DNA from: Actinomycetes bacterium
Lineage (GTDB): Bacteria; Actinomycetota; CADDZG01; JAHWKV01
Assembly: GCA_029263075.1 (NCBI GenBank)
Contig: JAJCYE010000071.1
Coordinates: 11,014 to 75,013 of the forward strand
DNA: 64,000 nucleotides
Direction of reading: 5' to 3'
The notes under the pieces are model-generated. The model did no database searches, was not told the DNA's origin, and was given only the letters and a program-made list of their open reading frames with translations. Both the position numbers and the translations under genes were made by a program. Positions 16,730 through 25,721 of this stretch are shown here, one piece after another (the stretch's first letter is position 1; each line of letters starts with the position of its first letter).

Positions 16730-17554
16730 ATAACCTTTCTCTCCGACTTCGGGCTTTCCGACGAGTACGTCGCGGTCTGTAAGGCGGTGATCAGGAGCAT
16801 TGCTCCTGAGACCGAGATCTCCGACATCAGTCATCTTATCGCCCCCTTCGGGGTGCGGGAAGGTGCCGGGGTGTTGGCCGAATCGGTCGGATGGTTCCTT
16901 CAATCGATTCATCTTGCAGTCATCGATCCGGGTGTTGGTTCATCGCGCCGTGCGTTGATCCTGGCGACCCCTGACGGTTCGTATCTGGTCGGCCCGGACA
17001 ACGGGCTCCTGCTGCCCTCCGCCGCCCGTCTGGGTGGCGTAGAGGGCGCATGGGCGATACACAACCCGGCACTCGGCCTGCCTGAACGCTCGTCCACCTT
17101 TCACGGTCGGGACATCTTCGCCCCGGCCGCCGCCCACCTGGCCCGTGGGGTGTCCCCGCTTGAATTCGGACCGGCCGTGGATCCGGGATCCCTCGTGCGT
17201 CTGCCGGAGGTCGGGGTGCAGGTTTTGGGGGATAGGGTTCGGGCGCAGATTGTGCACATCGACCGTTTCGGGAATCTTCAGACGAGCATGACCCGCAGTC
17301 ACCTGGCCGGTCTCGGAGCGGAACCTGGTTCGGTGATGGCGCTGCAGATCTCCGGACGCACCTTCAAAGTTGCGATGCGGGAGGCTTACTCTTTCGGGGA
17401 GGCCGGAGAACTTCAGCTTGTTGAAGACTCGCACGGCAGTTTGGCTCTGTGCGTGAACCGGGGGAGCGCGGCTCAGGTATTGGGGATTCAAAAGACGGGT
17501 GTCGAGTTTGTGTTGGGGAGGCTGGGGCCGGGTGGCCTGCTCGGGGAGGACTAG
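16730..17554 (+). CDS. SAM hydroxide adenosyltransferase family protein (DUF62, fluorinase/chlorinase-like); 5' end and start codon unresolved
   Basis: Conserved N-terminus ITFLSDFGLSDEYVAVCKAVIRSI lies upstream of the first ATG (16787). It is in frame with, and directly after, the bS22 stop codon, with no ATG/GTG/TTG between. Later motifs GVGSSRRAL and GPDNGLL are present. Confidence 0.7.
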   Translation: MTFLSDFGLSDEYVAVCKAVIRSIAPETEISDISHLIAPFGVREGAGVLAESVGWFLQSIHLAVIDPGVGSSRRALILATPDGSYLVGPDNGLLLPSAARLGGVEGAWAIHNPALGLPERSSTFHGRDIFAPAAAHLARGVSPLEFGPAVDPGSLVRLPEVGVQVLGDRVRAQIVHIDRFGNLQTSMTRSHLAGLGAEPGSVMALQISGRTFKVAMREAYSFGEAGELQLVEDSHGSLALCVNRGSAAQVLGIQKTGVEFVLGRLGPGGLLGED

Positions 17555-17720
17555 TCGAAGGGTAGCCGCTGGGTCAGCGGGGGACGCTGCTCATTTGTAG
17601 GACCGACAGGGCGCCCATGATCAGGATCGCCAGCAGCAGGATGGCCACGGCCACAACCGTATTTCGTCTCACCCACAGAGGATAACGTGATCCGGCAGGT
17701 TCGACGGGGAGGTTAAGGAA

Positions 17721-17978
17721 ATGAGTGCGTTCATCTATGCAGTGATCGTCGGCGGCATCGCCGGCTGGCTGGCAAGCATCGTCACGGGAACCAACCAGCG
17801 AATGGGTTGTTTGCTCAACGTCGTGGTCGGCGTGGTCGGGGGATTTATCGGCGCGTGGGTGTTCGGCACGACCGGCATGCAGATGCCGGGCGGGGACTGG
17901 GTCGGTCCAATCCTGGTGTCCTTTGTGGGTGCGGTGTTGCTGTTGGGAGTGGTGCGCCTACTGACCGGTAGGAATTGA
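17721..17978 (+). CDS. GlsB/YeaQ/YmgE family (transglycosylase-associated) small membrane protein
   Basis: 85 aa, three TM, GxxxG-rich, typical family size. Confidence 0.8.
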   Translation: MSAFIYAVIVGGIAGWLASIVTGTNQRMGCLLNVVVGVVGGFIGAWVFGTTGMQMPGGDWVGPILVSFVGAVLLLGVVRLLTGRN

Positions 17979-17980
17979 CC

Positions 17981-18355
17981 CTATTTGCCGAGTTGTAGCG
18001 TCAGTTCACAGATGGCTCGCTCCAGCGTCTGGAGGCCGTCGGCTTTGCCGACACACAGCGCTACCCCGACGTCGGCGGCCTGCTGCTTTAGGTCTTTGTC
18101 CACGTAAGCGGTGTACAGGATGATGTTTTGGTCGGGGGTCGCTTCGAGGATGCGACGGGAAGCCTCAAGCCCGTTCATGCCGGCCATGGCGTGGTCGATG
18201 ACCATGACGCTGGGGCGGTGTTCGGCGGCGAGTTCAACCGCCTGGGCCCCGCTGGAGCCCTGTCCGACGATGTTGAAGCCGTCGAGGGTCAGTAGAGACA
18301 CCAACATGTCGAGCACGTGTTTGGTGTCGTCGACTACCACCACATCTATCGCCAC
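17981..18355 (-). CDS. single-domain CheY-like response regulator receiver protein
   Basis: VAIDVVVVDDTKHVLDMLVSLL...VMVIDHAMAGMNG...YTAYVDK. GTG start after AAGGAA RBS; track ORF has an 18-aa longer N-terminus. Confidence 0.75.
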   Translation of the reverse strand: MAIDVVVVDDTKHVLDMLVSLLTLDGFNIVGQGSSGAQAVELAAEHRPSVMVIDHAMAGMNGLEASRRILEATPDQNIILYTAYVDKDLKQQAADVGVALCVGKADGLQTLERAICELTLQLGK

Positions 18356-18446
18356 GTTGTTCCTTTCCCGAAGCCGTACCGGCCACGTCGGAGGCCCCGG
18401 AGTCCCCAATTCACATTACTTGAAGTTTCGCAGTTAGGGTGTAGGT

Positions 18447-19178
18447 GTGATGGGTCTATTTCCGCTGGCTGCAGCATTGGTAAGCGGCGTCTTTTCAGCC
18501 TCCCTGATCCGACAGTTTCGCCTCCGGAAAGGGCCGCACCGGCTCGCTTGGGGCGCCGCGCTTGCCACATTTGCGGCGGCGTCGATGTTTGCTTCGATCG
18601 GCATGTTCGGGGGGTGGTCGGATCCACTCTTTCGCGCTTACTACTTGTTCGGCGCTCTGGTTAACGTCCCGATCCTGGCGTTGGGCACCGTCTACCTTTA
18701 CTTTCCTCGCCGGGTTGCCCATTCAGTAGGGCTTGTGGTGGGCGTTGCCTGCTTGTACGGGGCCTACGCCCTTCTAGGGGCCGACTTGGTGCAGGCTCCG
18801 CTCAGGGTTTCCGGAACGATTCCGATGGGATCTGAGGTGATGGCTCCCGGCGTTCGGGCGCTTTCCCGCTACTACTCCTACGTCGGGTTTTTGATCGTGG
18901 TGGCCGGTGCGGTCTGGTCGGCCGGCAAGCTGGCTCGCAAGCCCGGTGTGCGGTTCAAACGATTGGCTCAGGGCAACGCGCTCATCGCGACCGGCACCGT
19001 GATTGTTGCGTTGGGGAGCGCGTTCGCCCGTCAGGGTCAGGGGTCCGTGTTCGCGGTCGGACTGGCCGTGGGCGTGTCTGTAATGTACGCAGGATTTGTC
19101 CGGACCAGTTCGCCGGCGAAACCGCAGAGCGTAGATGGTGTTGAAGTGCCCGGAGGCGCCGCTGTCCCCGGCGGTTGA
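18447..19178 (+). CDS. hypothetical polytopic membrane protein
   Basis: 243 aa, about 6 TM. No Cys motifs. Confidence 0.5.
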   Translation: MMGLFPLAAALVSGVFSASLIRQFRLRKGPHRLAWGAALATFAAASMFASIGMFGGWSDPLFRAYYLFGALVNVPILALGTVYLYFPRRVAHSVGLVVGVACLYGAYALLGADLVQAPLRVSGTIPMGSEVMAPGVRALSRYYSYVGFLIVVAGAVWSAGKLARKPGVRFKRLAQGNALIATGTVIVALGSAFARQGQGSVFAVGLAVGVSVMYAGFVRTSSPAKPQSVDGVEVPGGAAVPGG

Positions 19179-19213
19179 CGTGACCGGTCCGAAGTCGTCT
19201 AGGAGCTCACAAG

Positions 19214-19957
19214 TTGGCTGACGTTACGTCTGTGGGCCTTCCTATTGCCTTTGTCGCCGGGGCGGCCTCCTTCCTTTCTCCCTGCGTGCTGCCGCTGCTG
19301 CCCGGCTACCTGTCGTATATGTCGGGCATGTCCCTGGAGATGGTGCGGGAGGGGAGTGCACCGGCAAAACGGTTGCTGGGCCCCACTTTGTTGTTCGTCG
19401 CCGGGTTCTCAACGATCTTTGTAGCCCTGGGCACTTCGGCGAGCCTGGCCGGTTCGCTTCTACGGGACAATCAGGTCCTGTTGACCCGCATCGCCGGGTC
19501 GCTGGTCATCCTTATGGGTCTGGCCTTTATGGGCTTGCTTCCTTTGCCGTTTCTTTACCGGGAAAAGCGCCTGGACATGAGGAGAGGTAGGACCTATACC
19601 GGCAACTACCTGATGGGGCTGAGTTTCGGTTTGGGTTGGACGCCGTGCATCGGACCGACCCTCGGCGCGACGCTGGTGATTGCCTCCCAAGCGGATCGGA
19701 TCGGTGAGGGGGCGTTGTTGCTGTTGGTGTACTCAATGGGGCTGGGCATTCCCTTCGTCCTTGCAGCTTTGGGTGTTTCGCGGCTTGCCGGGGCCTTGGG
19801 CTTTTTCCGCCGGCACCAGCAGGCGATCCTGAGGGTCAGCGGAGGGCTGCTGGTCGGCTTCGGCCTACTGCTGTTCTTCAATCGGGTTTACGTAATTTCC
19901 GCCTGGATTCAGCGGGGGATGGATGCGGTTGGGCTTGAGGAGTTGATCGGGATTTGA
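19214..19957 (+). CDS. ccdA: cytochrome c-type biogenesis thiol-disulfide transporter CcdA (DsbD transmembrane-domain family)
   Basis: LSPCVLPLLPGYLSYM and GWTPCIGPTLGA Cys motifs. Six TM. Confidence 0.85.
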   Translation: MADVTSVGLPIAFVAGAASFLSPCVLPLLPGYLSYMSGMSLEMVREGSAPAKRLLGPTLLFVAGFSTIFVALGTSASLAGSLLRDNQVLLTRIAGSLVILMGLAFMGLLPLPFLYREKRLDMRRGRTYTGNYLMGLSFGLGWTPCIGPTLGATLVIASQADRIGEGALLLLVYSMGLGIPFVLAALGVSRLAGALGFFRRHQQAILRVSGGLLVGFGLLLFFNRVYVISAWIQRGMDAVGLEELIGI

Positions 19958-20184
19958 GTGAGGTGGTGGTGTTCGGCAAGGAGGGTTGTTGTCTGTGCGA
20001 GGACGCCAAGGAAGCGCTCACTGCAGCGGGGGTGGGCTTCCGGGAGGTGGACATCACCCGTGACCCGGGACTGCTTCAGGAGTATGGGATAACAATTCCG
20101 GTCGTGGAGGTGGATGGCGTAGCAGTCTTCCAGGCGGGGATGAATCCGGCCGACCTTGCGGATCTGGTGCGTGAGGTGTCGTGA
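19954..20184 (+). CDS. glutaredoxin/NrdH-like thioredoxin-fold protein
   Basis: 76 aa, VVVFGKEGCCLCEDAKE (CxxC). 4-nt overlap with ccdA. Confidence 0.7.
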   Translation: MSEVVVFGKEGCCLCEDAKEALTAAGVGFREVDITRDPGLLQEYGITIPVVEVDGVAVFQAGMNPADLADLVREVS

Positions 20185-20196
20185 ATTCCGGGCACT

Positions 20197-20235
20197 AAAA
20201 AGGGCCCGACCAATTGGTCGGGCCCTTTTGTTTGT
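20197..20235. terminator. bidirectional intrinsic terminator (gggcccgacc-aatt-ggtcgggccc flanked by A5/T4)
   Basis: Perfect 10-bp stem between convergent genes. Confidence 0.8.
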
Positions 20236-20242
20236 AGCTGGA

Positions 20243-21283
20243 CTATGCGAGCTGGGGCTGGCTGACCCGGGCTTGCTTTTCGATCCTCGAGACTCCGATG
20301 AGGTGAAGGATCATCAAGAACACGCTGATCACCAGGTAGATAACCGCGGGAACCTTTACGGAACCTCGCACCCTGACGGCGGCGACCTGCGCCTCGGGGG
20401 GAGCACCAGGCTGCCCGGTCATGTCCAGGGTGGCGATGGATACCTCGGGCTTGACCTTGTCGCCTTCGTTGAAGCCGAAATCGATCAGGTTGCCGGCGTT
20501 GTCGGCGTTGATCGTGATGGTCTGTCCGTCCGATTCAACCTCCATGACCGCCATGCCCGGGGTGATGTCGGTGCCCGGTTCGACCAGGAAGGACTTGACG
20601 GTGGCTTCTTCCTTGCCACCCAGGTCGCCGGCCGAAACGGACCCGGTGGCGACCGCTCTGCCTACCGCGATGACCGAGTCCTTGCCCGAAACCGTCTCCT
20701 GCTTCATACGGATGTCGGTGGCGGTGAACTGAGAGGGGTCGAGGGTGATCTCGCCCTCCACATGCTCGCTTACCGACTCACGGATGCCGGGGATCGGGCT
20801 GGTGGCTTCGCCGACCAGGGCCTCCATCACGGGTTTGGCGTTGTCCAGTTCGGACTGCACTTCGCCCTTGCCGAGGTCGGCGAGTTCGGAGTTCTCGTCC
20901 GGGACGATCCAACCTTCGCCGTCGGGGTAGTCCGCCGTCTCCCAGGTTCCCCATCTGGTTTCTGATTCCTGAAGGTTGGGGGCCAGCGAGGCGGGGTGCC
21001 AGGCGGTGTCGGTTCCTAGGTCGCCCCAGAAGCCGGCTTCGCCCTTCGGACCGAGGCCCGTGGCAACCCAGATGAGCGAAAGAATGGTCATGACTGCAAA
21101 CAGGCAAGCTCCGGTAACGAAGTAACCGAGTTTGGCCCCGAGGATCATCGAGGTCAGCAGCCATACGCTGCCGACGAAGATGACGATGAAGGCAACCGTG
21201 ATAGCGATCCCCTTCACAAAGGTCCCGCTACCACCAGAGGTTGCTGCCTCGGTGGCCAGCAGTGCGATGTCGGAGGTATTCAA
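20243..21283 (-). CDS. hypothetical membrane-anchored acidic protein, last gene of the cytochrome complex operon
   Basis: 346 aa. Two N-terminal TM, a C-terminal TM, and an acidic extracytoplasmic domain. Confidence 0.5.
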   Translation of the reverse strand: MNTSDIALLATEAATSGGSGTFVKGIAITVAFIVIFVGSVWLLTSMILGAKLGYFVTGACLFAVMTILSLIWVATGLGPKGEAGFWGDLGTDTAWHPASLAPNLQESETRWGTWETADYPDGEGWIVPDENSELADLGKGEVQSELDNAKPVMEALVGEATSPIPGIRESVSEHVEGEITLDPSQFTATDIRMKQETVSGKDSVIAVGRAVATGSVSAGDLGGKEEATVKSFLVEPGTDITPGMAVMEVESDGQTITINADNAGNLIDFGFNEGDKVKPEVSIATLDMTGQPGAPPEAQVAAVRVRGSVKVPAVIYLVISVFLMILHLIGVSRIEKQARVSQPQLA

Positions 21284-21309
21284 CGTCGTACTCCCATCTC
21301 CGACTGCAT

Positions 21310-22230
21310 CTACAGGCTCCTCTCGTATTCAACAACCAACTGAATCTGTTCGTCGGTAAGGGTTCCGCCCCAGGTCGGCATGGCGCCGGTACCGGTTCCG
21401 GAAGTTCCGTACGGCTGTCCGGCCTGCGAACCCGCCTTGACGAAGGCCGTGTGGTCTTCGACGTCGGGGAACTGGGCGACCGTAGCTCCGTTCTGCATGG
21501 AGGGACCGGACCCGCCGGCACCGCCAATACCGTGACAGGCGGAGCAGAACTGGCTGAAGATCTGGTCTCCGGTTGCGTCGGCACCGACCTGCGGTGTCTC
21601 CTGGATGCTCTCGATCCAGTTGACGATGTCGTCAAGCTCTTGCACGGTCAGCGGGCCGCCGTAATCGGCACCCCAGGTAGGCATGTCCGTTCCGGGCCGT
21701 CCTCGCTCGATGGTCTCCCGAATGAATTCTTTGGCGTCCTTGAATCCCGCCGGCGGGGTTTCGTACCTGGAGAAGACGGTTTTGAGTTCGGGCACATTGA
21801 TGATCGAGCGAGTGCCGGTGACCGGGTTCAGGAACTCGTTGGTTCCCCCCTCGGCGCCGACTCCGTGGCAGCGGGCGCACTCTTTGCCCTTGGCGTTGTG
21901 TGCACCGGTCTGCTGGTCCGTTTGCAGGGCGTAATACTCGGCGCCCCGCTCCAGCGACTCCTCGGCGAACTCAATTTCGTTGTCCAGCCGGTTCTGTGGC
22001 TCCTGCACCCAGTAGGCGGGCATAAAGAAGGCAAAGAACAGCGTGAGGGCCAAGCCCCACCCGTGGATCTTGGTTAGGCGTGAAGATTCCAGCACGGCAT
22101 CGATGTCCGCCGGCCTCAGGGCCGGGGGTACCTTCGACTTGTTGCCGGACCCCGAACGCGTCCTGAGTACAACCAGAGCGGCGCCGGCGGCAATGCCTCC
22201 TACGAGAACTGCGATAAGTAGCTGACCCAT
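21310..22230 (-). CDS. membrane-anchored diheme cytochrome c (QcrC-like)
   Basis: Two CxxCH motifs (CARCH, CSACH). N-terminal TM. Confidence 0.85.
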   Translation of the reverse strand: MGQLLIAVLVGGIAAGAALVVLRTRSGSGNKSKVPPALRPADIDAVLESSRLTKIHGWGLALTLFFAFFMPAYWVQEPQNRLDNEIEFAEESLERGAEYYALQTDQQTGAHNAKGKECARCHGVGAEGGTNEFLNPVTGTRSIINVPELKTVFSRYETPPAGFKDAKEFIRETIERGRPGTDMPTWGADYGGPLTVQELDDIVNWIESIQETPQVGADATGDQIFSQFCSACHGIGGAGGSGPSMQNGATVAQFPDVEDHTAFVKAGSQAGQPYGTSGTGTGAMPTWGGTLTDEQIQLVVEYERSL

Positions 22231-22267
22231 GATCTCCTGCTAACTTGCTGTGTCGACGGTCAAAGAT

Positions 22268-22969
22268 CTATGCGGTAACGCAGTGAGCCCCTTCAGGCTG
22301 CGGCTGCGTGGTAACGGTTCCCCGGGGTGCCCCGGCGATGATGGTGGCGGTATCGACGATCAACTGCCCGTCGACCACCTCAACCCGGAACTGGTCAAGG
22401 CTCCGAGGAGCCGGCCCGTCCCGGTACTCACCGTTAACCGAGTACTTCGAGCCGTGGCAGGGGCACTCGAACCACTTGGCAGGTGCACACCACGGCACGC
22501 TGCATCCGAGGTGTACACACTTGCGGTAGAGAGCCATGAACCCCGAAACATCCACATTCGCCGCTTTGTAAGCGGGAATGTCGGCTGCTTCTGCCGGGTC
22601 GCCTTCGTAAAGCGTCAGGTAGAAGCGACCGTCCGGGATGAACTTCGGCTCCCTGCTGCCGAGCTCGGCACGAAGATCTTCGGCTGAGCCGACATCGATC
22701 TTGGAACCGAAGCCGCCCCGCAGGCGGGGGTACAAAAAGTCGATGGAGGCCAGGGCGAACTGCCCCAAAAAGGCAAGGGAAGCAAAGCCCACGCCGCGCA
22801 GCAAGAACTTGCGGCGACCGACGTCGGTGACGTCGGAGACCGGAAGTGCCTCCAGCTGCCCGCCGGTGGCCCCGCCGGCCTTGCGGCCTCGGGCACCGAT
22901 GAGTGCAAATGGAATCCAGGCCAACAGTGAGGCCAGGGCAATGATGAGGGCGAACTGTATAGGTGTCAT
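22268..22969 (-). CDS. Rieske [2Fe-2S] iron-sulfur subunit
   Basis: CVHLGC ... CPCHGS boxes. Start ATG 22969-22967 overlaps the upstream stop (ATGA coupling); track ORF runs to 23080. Confidence 0.85.
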   Translation of the reverse strand: MTPIQFALIIALASLLAWIPFALIGARGRKAGGATGGQLEALPVSDVTDVGRRKFLLRGVGFASLAFLGQFALASIDFLYPRLRGGFGSKIDVGSAEDLRAELGSREPKFIPDGRFYLTLYEGDPAEAADIPAYKAANVDVSGFMALYRKCVHLGCSVPWCAPAKWFECPCHGSKYSVNGEYRDGPAPRSLDQFRVEVVDGQLIVDTATIIAGAPRGTVTTQPQPEGAHCVTA

Positions 22970-23799
22970 AGCTCGAAAAATATCCCCGCGTCCCATGGGT
23001 AGACAAAGTTGAATCCAGGGCCTCTCATGATGGACCCTAGCATGCCGAGAATTGCGAACATGAGCATGAAAATCGTCCACATCGAGATGGCAAGTTTCCG
23101 GTCACCGGGCTTGTTAGAGGGGTTCCGGTCGATGTAGGGAGCTGCCATCAAGCCCAGGATCAGCCACTGCGGAATCGAGACTCCGGCGACCTGGGGGTGG
23201 AAGTACCGAAGCAGCTCCTGCAGGCCGAGGAAGTACCACGGTGCTTTGGAGGGGTTCGGAGTGACGTTAATGTTGGCAAGTTCCCTCAACTCGGCGTTGA
23301 CGAAGACGGAAACGATCACCAGTAGAGCGGTGACGCTGAGAACCGCCAGGAACTCGCCGGCCATTAGATGGGGCCAAGTGTTGACCCTATCAATTGGCTC
23401 CTTCTCCACCCGCTGGATGGATTCGGGCTTAACAACAGCCAAAAGACGTTGCATACGCTCCGGAGCGGCGTCTCCCGCTCCTACGCCTGCTCGAGATGCG
23501 GCCCGCCTGCCTCCGGCAGCCGGAGCCTCAGGAGCAGATGCCGCCGCAGGGGGCGCAGATGCCGCCGCCGCAGGGGCAGCCGCAACCGCTGCCGGCTCGG
23601 GAGCCGCTGCAGGTTTTGCCGCCGCGGCTGCAGGTTTAGCTGCTGCCGCTGGAGATGCAGGAGGCGCAGCACCGGCGGCCGCTGCCTTTTTGGCGCGGTG
23701 CCTGGCTGCCTTGGCACGTGCTTCGGCTACCGCCGGAGACGAGCCTTTGGCGTTTTCCTCCGCCAGAGTCTGTTCGAATATTTCGTCAGGAGTGGGCAT
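22966..23799 (-). CDS. cytochrome b C-terminal part / b6f subunit IV-like, with about 110-aa Ala/Pro/Lys-rich N-terminal extension
   Basis: PNPSKAPWYFLGLQELLRYF matches the subunit IV/cyt b C-terminal PEWYFLP region. Low-complexity AAAKPAAAAAKPAAAP N-terminus. Confidence 0.8.
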   Translation of the reverse strand: MPTPDEIFEQTLAEENAKGSSPAVAEARAKAARHRAKKAAAAGAAPPASPAAAAKPAAAAAKPAAAPEPAAVAAAPAAAASAPPAAASAPEAPAAGGRRAASRAGVGAGDAAPERMQRLLAVVKPESIQRVEKEPIDRVNTWPHLMAGEFLAVLSVTALLVIVSVFVNAELRELANINVTPNPSKAPWYFLGLQELLRYFHPQVAGVSIPQWLILGLMAAPYIDRNPSNKPGDRKLAISMWTIFMLMFAILGMLGSIMRGPGFNFVYPWDAGIFFEL

Positions 23800-23833
23800 C
23801 AGTTCGTCCTAGTCCGTCGTGGAATGGTGCCGA

Positions 23834-24625
23834 TCATAGTGGTCCCGAAATTCCGCCGTCCTTGCGGACCCGCCAAAAGTGGACGGCCATAAGCAGAGTG
23901 ATGACGAACGGCAGCGCAAGCACGTGGAGTGTGTACCAGCGAATGAGCGTACCGGCGCCGATCTGCACGCCTCCCAGGAGGATGAACGAGACCTCTTTAC
24001 CAACCAGTGGGGATTCGTAACCCATTTGGGTGCCCACCGTGACCGCCCAGATTGCAAGTTGGTCCCAGGGCAAAAGGTACCCGGTGAAGGCCAGCAGCAA
24101 CGTGATGAGCAGCAAAACGACTCCGATGACCCAGTTGAACTCCCGTGGCGGCTTGTAAGAGCCGGTGTAGAAGACCCGGGACATGTGGAGAAAGACTGTG
24201 ACGACCATCAGGTGGGCGCTCCAGCGGTGCATGTTGCGCACAAGCTGTCCGAACGCCACCGAGGTGGCCAGCCCGACCATGTCCGTGTAAACGACTTCGG
24301 TCGAGGGCCGATAGAAGAACATCAAAAAGATGCCGGTGATGGTCAGGAAAATGAACAAGAAGAAGGAGAGGCCACCCAGGCACAAGGTGTACGAAAGTTT
24401 GATGCCATGGCGCTTCACCTTCACCGGGTGGAGGTGGTAGAGCACGGAGTTCATAATCACGTAAGCACGGTTACGTGGTGAGTCCTGGTATCCCTTGGTC
24501 AGAACCGATCCCGGCCTGAAAATGGAACGCCAGACCTGGCCGCCTCTCAACCCATCCCAAGCACCCTTTACCAGGGCGCCAGGGTGGCGTAGACCACCAA
24601 GCTTTTCTTTCAGATTTGTCGCCAC
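23834..24625 (-). CDS. cytochrome b6-type (N-terminal heme-binding half of split cytochrome b) with CLGG heme-ci-type Cys
   Basis: YHLHP and [10 protein letters not shown] heme-ligand His pairs. SYTLCLGG motif as in b6 and Bacillus QcrB. Confidence 0.85.
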   Translation of the reverse strand: MATNLKEKLGGLRHPGALVKGAWDGLRGGQVWRSIFRPGSVLTKGYQDSPRNRAYVIMNSVLYHLHPVKVKRHGIKLSYTLCLGGLSFFLFIFLTITGIFLMFFYRPSTEVVYTDMVGLATSVAFGQLVRNMHRWSAHLMVVTVFLHMSRVFYTGSYKPPREFNWVIGVVLLLITLLLAFTGYLLPWDQLAIWAVTVGTQMGYESPLVGKEVSFILLGGVQIGAGTLIRWYTLHVLALPFVITLLMAVHFWRVRKDGGISGPL

Positions 24626-24650
24626 CCGCTCTCCTTGTGTCTTAGAAAAC

Positions 24651-25064
24651 CTACGAAGATGCGCCTGAAACCTTGCCCATCGCCCGTGCCGGAGCCTTTT
24701 TGGCCTCCAGCCTGCCGATGGTCAGCGCCCCGGTGGGACACCTCTCAACGCACAGTAGGCACCGGGTGCACGCATCGTCATCGATCACGAACAAAATGTC
24801 ATTGCGCTTCATGTCTCGGGCTATCTCTTCCGAGCCTGCCTCCGCAACTATGTTGGGAGTAAGCATGAAGATGCAGTACCAGGGGCAGATGTCGACGCAG
24901 CCCTCGCAGAGGATACACAGTTCGGGAATAAGCCCGATGTACCGCGGTGGCTTGCGAACAGACTTGAGCCAGGTGGCTTCCACGTCCTGCATCATGTAGT
25001 CCGTGCGAAGGCGCGGCTTTTCTATGTCGTTCTTCTGGCTGAATGGATCCTGCGGGTACGTCAT
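24651..25064 (-). CDS. 2x[4Fe-4S] ferredoxin-domain protein
   Basis: [12 protein letters not shown] and [12 protein letters not shown] motifs. Confidence 0.8.
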   Translation of the reverse strand: MTYPQDPFSQKNDIEKPRLRTDYMMQDVEATWLKSVRKPPRYIGLIPELCILCEGCVDICPWYCIFMLTPNIVAEAGSEEIARDMKRNDILFVIDDDACTRCLLCVERCPTGALTIGRLEAKKAPARAMGKVSGASS

Positions 25065-25071
25065 CGGTCAA

Positions 25072-25416
25072 TCATTTCCCGGGGAGGTATCCCTTGACGC
25101 CCTCGCCGCCCCTGAGACCAAGCCTCCGGCGACGCTTTTCGCCAAGGATGTAGGTCGCAGCGACCGGGATAGCAAAAATAAAGGTCTGGATGCCCATCGT
25201 GATCGCATCGTGGATGCGAACGAGAGTGTAGGGATCCTTGAACTCGATGCCGGCAGTCTTGCTGATGAAGGCTGCGATTGCATCGGAGTTGCCGTCCCAT
25301 GCGTAACGGAACATGGATGGGAGGAAGCCGAGGGTGACGAATAAAATTCCGGTGATGATGGTGGACAAGATGATTGCCCGGACCCAGGTCATCGGTTTTT
25401 CAGCTTGTTTGCTCAA
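25072..25416 (-). CDS. small hypothetical membrane protein (2 TM), first gene of the complex cluster
   Basis: 114 aa, hydrophobic, basic C-terminus. Confidence 0.45.
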   Translation of the reverse strand: MSKQAEKPMTWVRAIILSTIITGILFVTLGFLPSMFRYAWDGNSDAIAAFISKTAGIEFKDPYTLVRIHDAITMGIQTFIFAIPVAATYILGEKRRRRLGLRGGEGVKGYLPGK

Positions 25417-25529
25417 GGTCGAAGATTCCTCATCTCGTATGGTTCTCCGTTCGGGGTAGAACGGGTGACGGGCGCATTATAGCCGACGGTTTCGAAGACC
25501 CATCAGCGCCGAACTGCACAGCCGCCACT

Positions 25530-25679
25530 CTACTTCGCCGGGCTTGATTTTTCAGACGCCTTGAGCTCTTGAATCCGATGTTCAAGCGCACGCTGGCGCC
25601 GGGAGACCGAAAAAAGGAACACTGTTATGCCTGCAAACACCAGCAAAAAGGCCAGTCCGAGAAATCCAAGGCCGTCCAT
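25530..25679 (-). CDS. ccmD: CcmD-like small single-TM protein (49 aa)
   Basis: MDGLGFLGLAFLLVFAGITVFLFSVSRRQRALEHRIQELKASEKSSPAK. Size, topology and position just after ccmC fit CcmD. Not in the ORF track because it is under 60 aa. Confidence 0.5.
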   Translation of the reverse strand: MDGLGFLGLAFLLVFAGITVFLFSVSRRQRALEHRIQELKASEKSSPAK

Positions 25680-25721
25680 CAGGCGCGCCGGTTACGGCAA
25701 ATTGAGTTCACGGGCAACAGA

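Noticed and set aside
17585-17680. Possible 32-aa TM micro-ORF on the minus strand (VRRNTVVAVAILLLAILIMGALSVLQMSSVPR)
   Set aside because: No RBS and no conservation evidence. It could be chance.
22966-23080. 115-nt overlap between the Rieske and subunit IV ORFs as given in the ORF track
   Set aside because: This is resolved by using the internal ATG 22969 (MTPIQFALII...), which overlaps the upstream TGA as ATGA. The longer Rieske N-terminus is not homologous.
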